Assembly (NCBI GenBank): GCA_025594325.1
Contig: JANHCV010000001.1
Coordinates: 2,046,001-2,110,000, forward strand
Direction of reading: 5' to 3'
DNA length: 64,000 bases
Source: Blastocladiella emersonii ATCC 22665
Lineage: Eukaryota; Fungi; Blastocladiomycota
Positions 1-10,724 of this stretch are shown here, in pieces. Position numbers and translations under genes: made by a program. Under the pieces are notes generated by a model. The model had not been told where the DNA came from and ran no database searches. It worked only from the letters and a program-made list of their open reading frames with translations. Each line of letters opens with the position of its first letter. Position 1 is the first letter of the stretch.

Positions 1-1487
1 GCTACGTCCCCGGCCAGGCCCAGCAGGCGTCGCAGCCGCAGCAGCCGCAGCAGCCGCAGCAGCCGCAGGCCGGAGCGTTCGGCCCGCCCGTCCCCATGCC
101 GCCGCTCCCGCCGCCGCCGCCGCACGGGTACCCGTCGCCCCAGCAGCCGCAGCAGGCCCCGCAGCAGCAGCAGACCGACCTCGCAGTGTCGCAGGAACCC
201 GTCCCCGGCGGCGGTGGCGCGCCCGGCTACCCCGCCGTCCCGCCCGGCATGGTCCCCGTCTACGGAATGGGCGTCCCTGTGCACGGGATGAATGTCCCCG
301 TCGGCGTCGTCAACCTTGGCATGCTCATGCACCAGCAGCAGCAGCAGCACGGCGCGCACCCGATGCACCCGTCGTCCTCGCTCATGTCCGCCGGCGCGAG
401 TAACATTCCGCCGCCGCCGCCGCCGCCTGGCCTCGGGATGCCGCCTTCCGCTGCCGCCGGGTCCGAGTGGGCTACGTCGCCCGTTCCTGGCCCCGTTCCG
501 CACGCGGGTGGGCCGCGCGGGAGCGGTATGGTCGCGGCGGCGACCCCGTCGTCCTCGGGCACCGCCCAGCCCGCCGTCGCCACGACCACGACTGCGAGCG
601 GCGGCCCGTCGTGCCGCTACTTCATCATCAAGAGCCTGTCGCTCGAGGACCTCGAGCTGTCCATGAAGCACTGCATGTGGTCGCCCCAGGTGCACCTCGA
701 GGCGATCCTCGACCAGGCGTTCAAGGTACGACTGTGCCGCGTTTTTGCGGTGGTTGAGCAGTGACTGACGGTGCACCGCGGTGTAGACGACCGAGTGCGT
801 GTACCTCGTGTTCAGTGTCAACAAGTCGGGCGAGTTCTTTGGATTTGCTCGGTACGTTCGTCGTCGGTGTCGCTGGGCTCGTGTGCAATGCTGACCCGTT
901 CCTCGATCTGTAGCATGACCACGCCCGTCGGCCCCGGGCCCAAGCTCAACTGGTCGATCCAGGAGAGCTCGCGCAAACAGCAGTCGCTCGGCGGCGTGTT
1001 TGGTCTCCAGTGGCTCATGATGTACGCTTTTCTCGCACCGACCGAGCCCCGCCCTCGATCGTGACTGACCCGCGCTTGCGACTCACGTGTCTAGCCAGCG
1101 GCTCCCGTTCAGCCAGGTGCGCCACCTGCACAACCCGTGGAACGCGGGCAAGGAGGTCAAGGTGTCGCGCGACGGGACCGAGCTCGAGCCGCACGTCGGG
1201 CACGCGCTGCTCATGGAATTTTACCAGTTCCACCGCGCGCAGCTCGCGCTGTCCATGCAGGGGGTCGCGCCGCAGTACCCGGTGCCCAAGTACGTTGACG
1301 TCGCCGCTGGTCTTGGGTGAGCATGCGCTAACTTGCGTTCCCTGCGCGCTCATGTAGACGCTTCGCCGCGTACATCCACCCGTACCCGGGGGCGGGCATC
1401 CCGGTCCCCATCCCCGCGCCTATCCCGGTCCCGCATCCGCAACACCAGCACTACGACCCGCACGGTGCCGCGCCGGGCCCTTACTAA
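1..1487 (+). CDS. YTH-domain RNA-binding protein (5' end outside window; 4 introns at about 726-786, 852-913, 1022-1094 and 1290-1357)
   Basis: Spliced translation gives RYFIIKS...WSPQVHLEAILDQAFK/VYLVFSVNKSGEFFGFAR...GGVFGLQW...VRHLHNPWNAGKEVKVSRDGTELEPHVG, which are YTH core motifs. The N-terminus is Pro/Gln-rich, donors are GTACG, and the stop TAA is at 1485-1487. Confidence 0.9.
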
Positions 1488-1532
1488 GCCCGATCCACGA
1501 CAAGACACGGCTGCACCCGCTCGTTTGGCTGG

Positions 1533-1825
1533 ATGATACCCCCCGACTACCGTTTACCAGCCCGACACGGTGCAGCCGCCGCAGGTCCACGACGCGCGCA
1601 TGGCCATCATCTCCACGCTGCCTTTCCCTCCCTCTTTTCTTACCCTCCTAGCGCCAGCTCACTGCAGCGATGGCCCGACCAGCCCGTGCGCGCGCGCGTG
1701 GATCTCTCTCTTCCGCCCTCTTTCAACAGCAACAACATCGTCTCATTTTTTCCTTCGCTTTTCGTTTCCCGTTCGTGTGTGATGATACCCCCCTCCCTCC
1801 TCACTTTTGATGCGATGATACCCCC
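1533..1825 (+). repeat. Three copies of the motif GATGATACCCCC downstream of the YTH stop codon
   Basis: The ATGATACCCCC core is read directly at 1533, 1782 and 1815. Confidence 0.8.
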
Positions 1826-2478
1826 TCTCCCTGATCGCTCCGAGGAACAAGAATACTACAGCACGCTTTTTTGACGTCTATACATCGACGCGCTCGCGGC
1901 CGCGAGGGCGACGATGGCCATGGTCATCGTGGCGACCATGGCCACGGCCACGGCCACGGCCGTCACTGTCGCACAACGAGAGCGGCCACATCAGGGGTCC
2001 ACAGGACGCTGCTCGATCCGAACCGATAAGTTCAGCGCGAGGAAAGAACGAGGCTGCTGAAGCGTAGCTGCAGGTATTTATACTTGGCGGACGCGCGCGC
2101 CGGACTCGTGGGAGTCGTGGCCGTGGCCAAGGAAAGGACAAGCAAGGCTCGCGTCGTCGCGTTTGGCTCGCGACCGCGAGCGCGTCGCACTGCTGGTCCC
2201 GAGCAGGGGTCGATCACGCCGTAGTCCAAGGCGTGCTTGAGAGGGGCGAGACGTGGGACAAGGTTGAATGAGATACAAAAGGAGGGCGAGTCTATTGAAG
2301 GTGCAGCAGCGGCACGAGGACGGGAGCAGAAAAATAAGCGTGTTTCACAGCGGTTGGACAGGAGGGACGAGGGAGAGGAGGTAGAACAAATCACAGAAGG
2401 ACAACAGAGAAAGGGAGGGAGGGTGAGGCGGCGCGCGCGGTGGTGGCGAGGCGCGCACGCGGTCCCAGAAGCCAGCGC

Positions 2479-3138
2479 TTAGCAGATGATGCACTTATTC
2501 TTCTTGGGCTTCTTGGAGACGGCGGGCGGGGTGAGGGCGGCGACGATGGCCTCGTCAAAGACGTTCTTGAGGCCGCGCTGGGTGAGAGCCGAGCACTCGA
2601 CGTACTTCTCCATGCCGAGCTCGCGGGCGAGCGAGTCGCCGAGGTCGGCGGTGATGGGCTTCTGGCGCTGCTTGGCGAGGCGGTCGAGGGTGGCGGGGTC
2701 GTCGCGGAGATCGACCTGGGTGCCGACGAGCAGGCATGGCACCGAGGGGCAGTGGTGGTGCACCTCCGGGTACCACTTTTCCCGCACGTTTTCAAACGAC
2801 GAGGGGGACACGACCGAGAAGCACACGAGGAACACGTCCGTCTGCGGGTACGACAGCGGGCGCAGGCGGTCGTAGTCCTCCTGGCCGGCCGTGTCGAACA
2901 GGCCGAGCGTGTAGGGCTCCTCGCCGATCATGACCGTCACGGCGTAGTTGTCGAACACGGTCGGCACGTACTCGGACGGGAACTTGTTGGTCGTGTACGA
3001 GATGAGCAGGCACGTCTGCGGGGGAGTGCGGGGTTGCAGGTGAGTCGCGGAGTTCACGGGTGGCGCGACTGGGCGCGGGAGTGCACGCACCTTACCGACG
3101 GCACCGTCGCCGACAACGACACACTTGATGGTCTGCAT
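2479..3138 (-). CDS. CDC42: Rho-family GTPase Cdc42 (one 75-nt intron, 3016-3090)
   Basis: [40 protein letters not shown]...[22 protein letters not shown]...ECSALTQ, followed by a polybasic tail and the CaaX motif CIIC. Confidence 0.98.
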   Translation of the reverse strand: MQTIKCVVVGDGAVGKVRALPRPVAPPVNSATHLQPRTPPQTCLLISYTTNKFPSEYVPTVFDNYAVTVMIGEEPYTLGLFDTAGQEDYDRLRPLSYPQTDVFLVCFSVVSPSSFENVREKWYPEVHHHCPSVPCLLVGTQVDLRDDPATLDRLAKQRQKPITADLGDSLARELGMEKYVECSALTQRGLKNVFDEAIVAALTPPAVSKKPKKNKCIIC

Positions 3139-4436
3139 GGTCTAGGGATCGCGTGGGGAGGGGTGGTGGTTGCGGACTAGAGGTGCGGACGTGTGGCGAG
3201 TGAGCACGACCGTGTCCGAGATGGTGGAGGCGGGGGTGAGCTGCCCACGAGTCTGCCGCTGCTGCTGCTGGTGCGACTGCTGCTGCTGCCGCGATGAAGA
3301 TCGGAAATGACGTCGCGAAGGACGCGACACGCGCCCGGGACGGCCCAAACGAGCGGCAAGGCGCAGCCGCCACCGTGCCGTATTGGCTTTGCAGCACGGG
3401 CGGCGCCCGAACCCGAGCGTGATGCGCCTCACTCGCGCTCATCGACTCACCCGGCGCGAGCACGAGCACGGGGAGACGTTCGGCGAGAGATGAACGCGTC
3501 CGCTCGTTGGGGGCAGGGCGGGCGAACGAGGACTGCGCGCGTGTGGCCCAAACAGGAAGGCGGCGAGGGGGAGGGACGCATCGTCGGCGATCGCGCGAGC
3601 GTGTGGTGTGGCCGAGCGCCAGGGGGCAGCGCGGTCTCAGGGCCGCCTCTCCATGGACGCGGGAGTGGGTGGCGGCGGTGGGATGGCGACGGGTCTCGGC
3701 GCCATGCGGAGGGCGATAGTCGGGGCAGCAGCAGCAGTCGCAGTCGAGGAAACAGCAGCAGCGGGCAGAGACAAGTGCAATGACCTCACGGTACAGCCCG
3801 TCGGCGGAAGGCGGACACGGACTTGCTGGCGGGCAGAGGGAGCAGAGGTGATCCCGTCGAGTGATGACGATGGCGCAGCGGTGGCGGTGGCGGAGGCGGC
3901 GCGGCCGGTGTCGATGCGTTGCAGGGAGTCGTGGGTGTGGGGAGCAAGGGCAGGCGTGCGGGGAGCGGCGACTGAGAGCGACACGGCGGAGAGAGGAGGG
4001 CGGTCAAGGTGGCGCGCCCGCCGACCGCGAAGGGGGCGACCGCTCGCCGCCACACTCCTCCACGCCGACGCCGACGCCGCCTTCGCTATCTCTGCGCCCC
4101 GCCCGCATGGGCACGCCTGCCGCGACCGCGATGCGTTCCCTCTCGCGGCACCCTTCGCGCGAGCGGACGCGTCTCAGATGAGCGGCTCGCCTGCTCCCTC
4201 GCCGACCACACGACAGAGTTCGCCGCGACCGACTGCCGACCGCTGAGCGCTGTGAGTGGAGCGTGGCGGCCCATTGGCCCGGTGAGGCGAAACGAGCCCG
4301 AGGCCGTGGTTTTCTCTCCTCACGTGCGAGTTTTCGCGCGTCTCGCTCGCCCGTGTCGTCATCGGCCGCGCCTGCTTCGCCACCATGCCCCGCGACAAAA
4401 TTCATGCATGTGTGAGTGTATGATCTGGCTCCGAAT

Positions 4437-7400
4437 TCACGCCTCGCCGCCGTGCCTGCTGCTGCGCTGCGACGCGCCCAGGGATGATGATGGCGCGATC
4501 ACCGTGCCGGCCGGCGACGCGGCCGCGGCCGCCCACGACCCGCTGTTGCCGCGGTGATGGTGCCGGTGGTGGTGCTCGCTCGACTCCCCGCCGTGCATCA
4601 CCTGCTCGAGCTCGTGCAGCACCGCCGTCTCGGACGTCAGGTCCGCGTACGCCTGTGCCCAGTACGGCTCGGCCCGCCCCGCCGCTGCCGCGATCGCGTC
4701 GTAGTCGTGAACGTCGCTGGTGAAGCTCCCCATGCTCGGGACCGGGAGGAACTGGTGGTGCTGCTGCTGCGGTCGCTGCTGCTGCTGGGCCTCGCTCGGC
4801 CGCGGCGCCGCATGGCCCGGATCCGACCACGCGACGGGCTGTACCCGCGGCGTGGATCCCACCGACGGTGACGTGGCTGCCGCCGACCCGCCCCGCGCCC
4901 GCCGCGGCGCCTGTTGCTGTGCGGTCGACGGCGGCGGGGTCGCGCCGCGCGCCATGATCTGCTGTAGCGACCTCTCCATGCGGCGGTACCGCGCGGGCGC
5001 GTCGGCGCGGTCGGCGGCCGAGATGGGCACGCGGTCGAGCACCTGGAGCGACGCGCGCAGGTGGTACAGCAGCGCGGTCCGGTAGCACGTGCGCTTGACC
5101 TGCGTCGAGTCGTTGAGCGTCACCAGGTACCGCGCGTCGAGCGCGTTCCACTCGGCGTCCGTCATCCCGCCTGTCGCGCCCGCGTCCGTTGCCGTGGACC
5201 CGAACCCCCGCGCCGACGCAGACGCCGCGGCAGGCGGCGCTGGCGCGGGCGCGCTGCCGGGCACATTCGGGTAGAAGAGCGCCGTGAGTGGGTTCTGCCG
5301 GACATCGAGCCACTCGAGCCGCGTGAGGTGCCCAAGGAACGCCGCGACGTGGAAGAAGTCGGCCACGTCGTTCCCGCGCAGCGACAGCCAACGCAGCCGC
5401 GCCACCTTGCTGAGCGGGGACACGTCGTGCACGCAGTTCTGCGACAGGTCGAGCGTGCGCAGCGAGGGGACGTGCCGCCCGAACTTGGCGGGCAGCGCGC
5501 GCAGCCCGCACCCCGACAGGTCCAGGTGCACGAGTTGGTACATGTGCTGCATCGGGTCGAGCGACGCGACCACGTTGCCCGCGAGCGAGAGGCGCGACGC
5601 GGACTGCAGCCCGACAAAGTCGACCGCGTCGAGGTCCTCGTCTTCGACGTCGCCGCGGTGATGCTGCGGAATTGGCGACGCGCCCGACCCCGTCGACGAC
5701 CCGGACACGGACCGGTGCCGCCGCCGCGCTCCGTCGCGCTCGCGCCGCGCCGCGGCCGCCGGCGACAGGTGGCCCTGGTGCGCGTAACTGACGTCGACGG
5801 CGCCGTCGATCGCCTCGAGGTCAATGCGCCGCACCGCGTTGCCGTCGAGCCGCACCACGCGGATCGCGGGGAACCGGCGCGCGTCGAACCCCGTCAGCAG
5901 GTTGTCGGTGACGTCGAGCGCCTCGAGGTGCGGGTGGAACCCGGGCATGTCGCCAACGAGCGCGTTGGCGTCAAGGACCAGCGACTTGAGCTCGGGCAGG
6001 TGGTCGAGGTTCGCGACCAACGACACGGTGTTGTGCGCGAGGTCGAGGTGCCGCAGCGACGGGAGCCGGCACGCGGCGCCGTCAATGGACGTGATGTTGT
6101 TGTCGCGCAGCGACAGCGTCTCGAGCGACTCGATGGCGGGGACCGCGAGCCACGACCCGATCCCGTTGTTGTCGGCGACCAGCAGCCGCAGGTGGCGCAG
6201 GCATGACAGCCCGATCAGGTCGTTGACGTGGTTGTGCGAGATGTCGAGCGAGTGCAGGTGCTCGAGGTGGTGGAAGCTCGTCAGCGTCGACAGCCGGTTG
6301 TGCGCCGCCCACAGGTGGCTGACTGTCGTCGGCACGCCGGCGAGGAACCGCAGCTCGTTGTCGTGGCACTGCAGCGAGTCGACCACGGGCGTGTACTGGT
6401 CCAGGCCCTCGAACGACTCGACGTGCTGCCCGCTCAGGTCCAGATCGTGCATCTCGGCCAGCGTGCGCAGCGGACGCCCGCCCGCCGCCGCGAGCAGCGC
6501 CTGCATGAGCGACGGGTGCGCCGTTTCCGCGGGTTCGAGCGGTGGCGGCGGCGGTGGTGCTGAGACGGCCGTGACGCTGGTCCGCGGGGCCACGGGCGTC
6601 TCGGGCGGCACTGAGTACGGCCGCGCGTACCCGTCGTCGCCCGCGTCATGCGACACGTCGAGTGAGGCGTCCGATCCGCGGCGCGCGGGCGAGGCGGCTG
6701 CGCCGTCGAACGTCTGGAGGTACTCGTCCGTCTCGTCATAACGGGGCTCGTCGCGCAGCTGAGCCGGCTGCTGCTGTTGCTGTTGCTGCTGACCGTCGGG
6801 CCCCCACGATACGGCGTGCCGGTCCATCGCCGGCGACTGCTGCTGCTGCTGGTCAGCAAGCTTGCGGTCGCGCTCGTGCTGCCACTGCTGATGGCTGATG
6901 AGGCGGTCGACGAACGGGACCGGCTTCTCGAGCCGCCCCGGCACGGCAGGCGGCCGGTCGTCGATACGAGGCAACATCGAGTCATCCTCGTCGCGTGAGA
7001 CACTGCTCCCGTACGGGCGGCTTGCAGGATCACCGCTGCCGCCGGTCGCGACGGGCCGCGACGGCGACTCCTGGATCGGGAGCAGCGCGGGTAGGTACGA
7101 CATGTTGAGCAGGCTGTCGAGCGCGCTGCCGAGCCCGAGCGGGGTGTCGGTCGTCAGCCGGTCGTGGATCTCGCGCTTGCGCGCCGTCATGGTAATGCCG
7201 GGGGTCGTCGGCACCTGGGACGACGAAGGAGGATGCGGCGACGCTTGCGCAGCGGGATCGGCGGTCGCAACCAGTGGTGGTGGCGAGCGAGGCGGCGGGG
7301 TAGTGGACCAGCGCCCGCCGCGGTCGGTCCCGGGCGTCAGCGGGATGGCGCTGTCGCGGCCGCTACTCGGGCGAGGCGGCGGCGGCGGTTCCTGCCGCGA

Positions 7401-9077
7401 CCGGCCGAACGCGAGGATGGCGTCGAGGTCGCTCGTGTCGTCCGAGTCGACGTGCACCGAGGCCTCGGTGAGCCCGCCAATATACGCCTCGCCGTCGTCC
7501 TCGACGTCGACGGGGCTGAGCGGCGAGTCGGCGGCCGAAGTGGGCTTCGTTGCGAACGACAATGGGCGCAGGGCGGGCACGGACGACGACGAGGACCGCG
7601 AGAGCCAATCCCGCTCGCGCGAGCTCACCGCGGGGATGTTGCCAGCGACGGAAGCGGGAGTCGGTGCGACGGACGTGCCGAGGCCCGACGACCCGCCGCG
7701 CGTCGCGCTCCGGTTGCTGCTCGTCGACGGCGGCGTGCGGATCGTAGCGGCGGGATCCAGTGCAGCCGGCCCACGGCGCGGCGTGTTACGAAGGCTGCTT
7801 GCCGACTGTGGCGTGCGGATCGTCGCGGCAGGGTCAAAGTTGCGGTCGGCTCGCGGCGATGCAGCTGCTGACGCCCGCGACCGAGAGGTAGACGTAACCG
7901 GCGACGCGCGAACCACCGGCGCAGCAGCCGTCGCCGACGCGAGGTTGAGCCGCGGCGGCGGGGCCGGCGAGTGCTCGCCGTCGTCGGCCATGAGCAGGCG
8001 CATGAACGGCGTGTCCGGCTCGGCCGCGGTCCCGTCGCTCGGCCGGTGCGGCGTCATGGCCGTCGACGCTAGCGGGGTCGACGAGGCGTTGCTTGACGCG
8101 TAGCCCGCGTTCGGCGCGCGGACCGTTTCGGCCCCGCTCGACACGGAGCCGGGCGTGCTGGCCGTGGCCGAGTGGTTCCACGTGCGCGAGCTCGGGGGCG
8201 TGTGGAGCGCAGTGGCGGCAGACGAGGAGGAGGATGGCGCGGTGAGCGGCGGCTGGCTCAGCTGGCTCCGGCGGAAGCTGCGCGACATGGACGCGGCGAG
8301 CACGGTGGACCGCGCGGAACGACCGAGGGTGGACGTCGACGACTCGGCGCGGGAGTGTTCGGGGCCGTGACTCGCGCCGGCCGCGATGCTCGCCCGGCCG
8401 CCCGTTGCAACCGGGAGGCCCAGCCGGCTGCTGGTCTCGGTGACCTCGTCGATGGCCGAGAGGTGGCCCGTCGGGTGGCGGCTACGCATGGCAAGCTTGT
8501 TAGCCACGAGGACATTGCGCCATTTCGCGTCAACGTACCCGCCAGTGAACCGGGACGTCGGCGCATCCTCGCCGGCCGCGGGCGCATGGTGCGACGACAT
8601 GAACTCGCCGTCATCGCCGAAATCGCCGATAAAGTGCGACTCCTCGTGCTCGAAGATGCTCTCGAGAATGTCCGAGACGTTGCCAATGTCCGCGCCGGCG
8701 GCGGCGCCGAACAGGATCTCGGCGCGGGACCCGGGGACGAGCTCGGCCGCGCTCTCGGCGGCGGGCGGGAACGCAAACTCGGACATGTTGCCGAGGCCGA
8801 GCGACGAGAGCGAGTTGCGGGACTCAGGGGCCGGCGGTTCCCGCGCGGGCGTGACGGACGGCGCACTCCCGCTGGGCGGCGCAGGCGACTCGCCCGCAGG
8901 CTCCACGTCTGGCTCGGCAGAGGTCTTCATGGGCGTGGCGACGCTGGCGTCGAGGACCCGCCGGCCAGAGTCCGAGAACCCCTGGGCAAGGAAGAAGTTG
9001 ACGAAGCTGCTGTTGTCGGGCACGCCGCCGAGCGAGGGGCGGCTCGAGACATTGGATTCATTTCCTGGGTCCGACAT
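4437..9077 (-). CDS. Leucine-rich-repeat spindle-pole scaffold, Nud1/Cdc11(centriolin)-like
   Basis: A 1546-aa ORF with a long disordered Ser/Pro-rich N-half and a C-terminal SDS22-like LRR block (LDLSGQHVESFEGL, HNRLSTLTSFHHLEHLHSLDISHN, LDVRQNPLT) ending in an LRR cap (YRTALLYHLRASLQVLD). This architecture matches Nud1/Cdc11. Confidence 0.75.
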   Translation of the reverse strand: MSDPGNESNVSSRPSLGGVPDNSSFVNFFLAQGFSDSGRRVLDASVATPMKTSAEPDVEPAGESPAPPSGSAPSVTPAREPPAPESRNSLSSLGLGNMSEFAFPPAAESAAELVPGSRAEILFGAAAGADIGNVSDILESIFEHEESHFIGDFGDDGEFMSSHHAPAAGEDAPTSRFTGGYVDAKWRNVLVANKLAMRSRHPTGHLSAIDEVTETSSRLGLPVATGGRASIAAGASHGPEHSRAESSTSTLGRSARSTVLAASMSRSFRRSQLSQPPLTAPSSSSSAATALHTPPSSRTWNHSATASTPGSVSSGAETVRAPNAGYASSNASSTPLASTAMTPHRPSDGTAAEPDTPFMRLLMADDGEHSPAPPPRLNLASATAAAPVVRASPVTSTSRSRASAAASPRADRNFDPAATIRTPQSASSLRNTPRRGPAALDPAATIRTPPSTSSNRSATRGGSSGLGTSVAPTPASVAGNIPAVSSRERDWLSRSSSSSVPALRPLSFATKPTSAADSPLSPVDVEDDGEAYIGGLTEASVHVDSDDTSDLDAILAFGRSRQEPPPPPRPSSGRDSAIPLTPGTDRGGRWSTTPPPRSPPPLVATADPAAQASPHPPSSSQVPTTPGITMTARKREIHDRLTTDTPLGLGSALDSLLNMSYLPALLPIQESPSRPVATGGSGDPASRPYGSSVSRDEDDSMLPRIDDRPPAVPGRLEKPVPFVDRLISHQQWQHERDRKLADQQQQQSPAMDRHAVSWGPDGQQQQQQQQPAQLRDEPRYDETDEYLQTFDGAAASPARRGSDASLDVSHDAGDDGYARPYSVPPETPVAPRTSVTAVSAPPPPPPLEPAETAHPSLMQALLAAAGGRPLRTLAEMHDLDLSGQHVESFEGLDQYTPVVDSLQCHDNELRFLAGVPTTVSHLWAAHNRLSTLTSFHHLEHLHSLDISHNHVNDLIGLSCLRHLRLLVADNNGIGSWLAVPAIESLETLSLRDNNITSIDGAACRLPSLRHLDLAHNTVSLVANLDHLPELKSLVLDANALVGDMPGFHPHLEALDVTDNLLTGFDARRFPAIRVVRLDGNAVRRIDLEAIDGAVDVSYAHQGHLSPAAAARRERDGARRRHRSVSGSSTGSGASPIPQHHRGDVEDEDLDAVDFVGLQSASRLSLAGNVVASLDPMQHMYQLVHLDLSGCGLRALPAKFGRHVPSLRTLDLSQNCVHDVSPLSKVARLRWLSLRGNDVADFFHVAAFLGHLTRLEWLDVRQNPLTALFYPNVPGSAPAPAPPAAASASARGFGSTATDAGATGGMTDAEWNALDARYLVTLNDSTQVKRTCYRTALLYHLRASLQVLDRVPISAADRADAPARYRRMERSLQQIMARGATPPPSTAQQQAPRRARGGSAAATSPSVGSTPRVQPVAWSDPGHAAPRPSEAQQQQRPQQQHHQFLPVPSMGSFTSDVHDYDAIAAAAGRAEPYWAQAYADLTSETAVLHELEQVMHGGESSEHHHRHHHRGNSGSWAAAAASPAGTVIAPSSSLGASQRSSRHGGEA

Positions 9078-9510
9078 GGGAGCGTTGCATGGAGCCGATT
9101 TATGCGAGATTCATGGATGGCCGAGGCGGTGATGGAGCAGCGACCGTCCCGGGACGCGCGAGCTTGCTGGCGGGACGGCCGCTCCCGGGTATGCGCGACA
9201 TCTCCCCCTCAAAGATTACTCGGGCGATTCGTGCTCCAGCACAAGCCGGACATATTGAGACACCTCGCAATACACTTGGTGAACACTTCAAAGTGAAAGC
9301 GCGTCGATCGCACCGGTGGCGACGGATCGCGTGACCCCACGGGACCTCAAATACACGAGCGCGCGCGCGGCGTCGCCTCCGCGGGCGCGCCGCCGCCGCG
9401 TCGAGGCCTTGCGCGCCCTGCCAAGTCGAATTGGGCCAGGACGACGAACACGACTGCACCGTCGCGTCGAACCCACTGCAACGCATCAACAACCGCCACG
9501 CATCACCACC

Positions 9511-10531
9511 ATGGATGTCTCGGGCCAGATCGCTCAGGCCATGTCGCAGTAGTACGCATCGACGGAGTCCATTGGACGCATGCCGTCCGTCCCATGAGGA
9601 TCACAGGCTGATCCCTCCCGAATCTCATAGCAAGCCGGTGACGGTGGAGCGCATGGTGCCACCAACGTTCGACCTCGGCCACCTGGCCATCTTCGACGGG
9701 TCGGCGATTGACGCGCCCAAGGCGGCGGGCGAGCTCGAGTCGCTGCTGGCGTCGCTGGCGCGCGACTCGGCGCAGATGCTGTACAACGAGGTGTTCGGCC
9801 TGGAGACGACGGCGGACGAGGACGGCGTGTTCGTGGAGCTCCCCGCGCCCAAGCTGCAGGTGCCGCGCGAGAAGCCGCTGCCCAAGGACCAGCCGCAGAC
9901 GCGGTGGGAGAAGTTTGCCAAGGAGAAGGGCATCCAGAACCGCAAGAAGTCGCGCATGGAGTACGACGAGGCCACGGGCGAGTACCGCCCGCGCTGGGGC
10001 TACGGTTCCGCCAAGAACGACGCGGCCAACGACTGGCTCATCCCCGTGCCCAAGAACGCGGACCCGTACGCCGACCAGTACGAGCTGCGCCGCGAGGAGA
10101 AGAAGGAGCGCATCGACAAGAACAAGAAGCAGCAGATCCGCAACTCGGCCGAGGCCGCCGCCGTCGCCCGCGGCGAGGACCCGCGCGCCGCCCGCAAGCG
10201 CGAGCTCGAGGCCAAGCTGCGCGCCTCCAAACAGGCCACCGCGTCCGCCGGCAAGTTCGACCGCAAGCTCGACGGCGACGTCAAGGTCAAGGGCGTCAAG
10301 CGCCAGTTCGACGCCATGGTCGGCGACCGCGACCGGGAACGCGCCTTTGCCGGCGAGCTCGCCGCCAAGGTCATCAAGAAGCAGGAGTCCGGCGGCGCCG
10401 GCCAGATCAAGACCCAGAAGGCCACGGGCATGCTGCAGCGCGCCGAGGAGCGCAAGGCCCGCTTCGAGAAGCAGAAGCGCAGCGCCTCGGACGACAAGCG
10501 CGGCGGCAGCAACAAGAAGCGCAAGCTGTAA
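9511..10531 (+). CDS. RRS1: Ribosome biogenesis regulatory protein Rrs1 (intron 9552-9630)
   Basis: Motifs FDLGHL, PREKPLPK..PQTRWEKFAKEKGIQNRKKSRMEYDEATGEYRPRWGY, and the ASAGKFD motif. Confidence 0.95.
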
Positions 10532-10724
10532 GCTGTGCTACGCTGTCTATTGTCCTCCCTTTCCCTTCCGATAATGTAGATTAATACTCTTTGTTCACTT
10601 CAGTCTGTCTTGCCGCGGGAGGGAGGTCGCAGTCCGAGTCGGTGGCGACCGCGCGAACGTGTTGCGACTCGAGCGCGCCGCTCCTCTCTCCCCCATCGCC
10701 CAACACAGCCTCACTCACCCCACC

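Noticed and set aside
3016-3090. In-frame, stop-free CDC42 intron suggesting a 25-aa insertion isoform
   Set aside because: It has canonical GT...CAG ends and retention would split the P-loop GK/T. Stop-free introns are common at this GC content.
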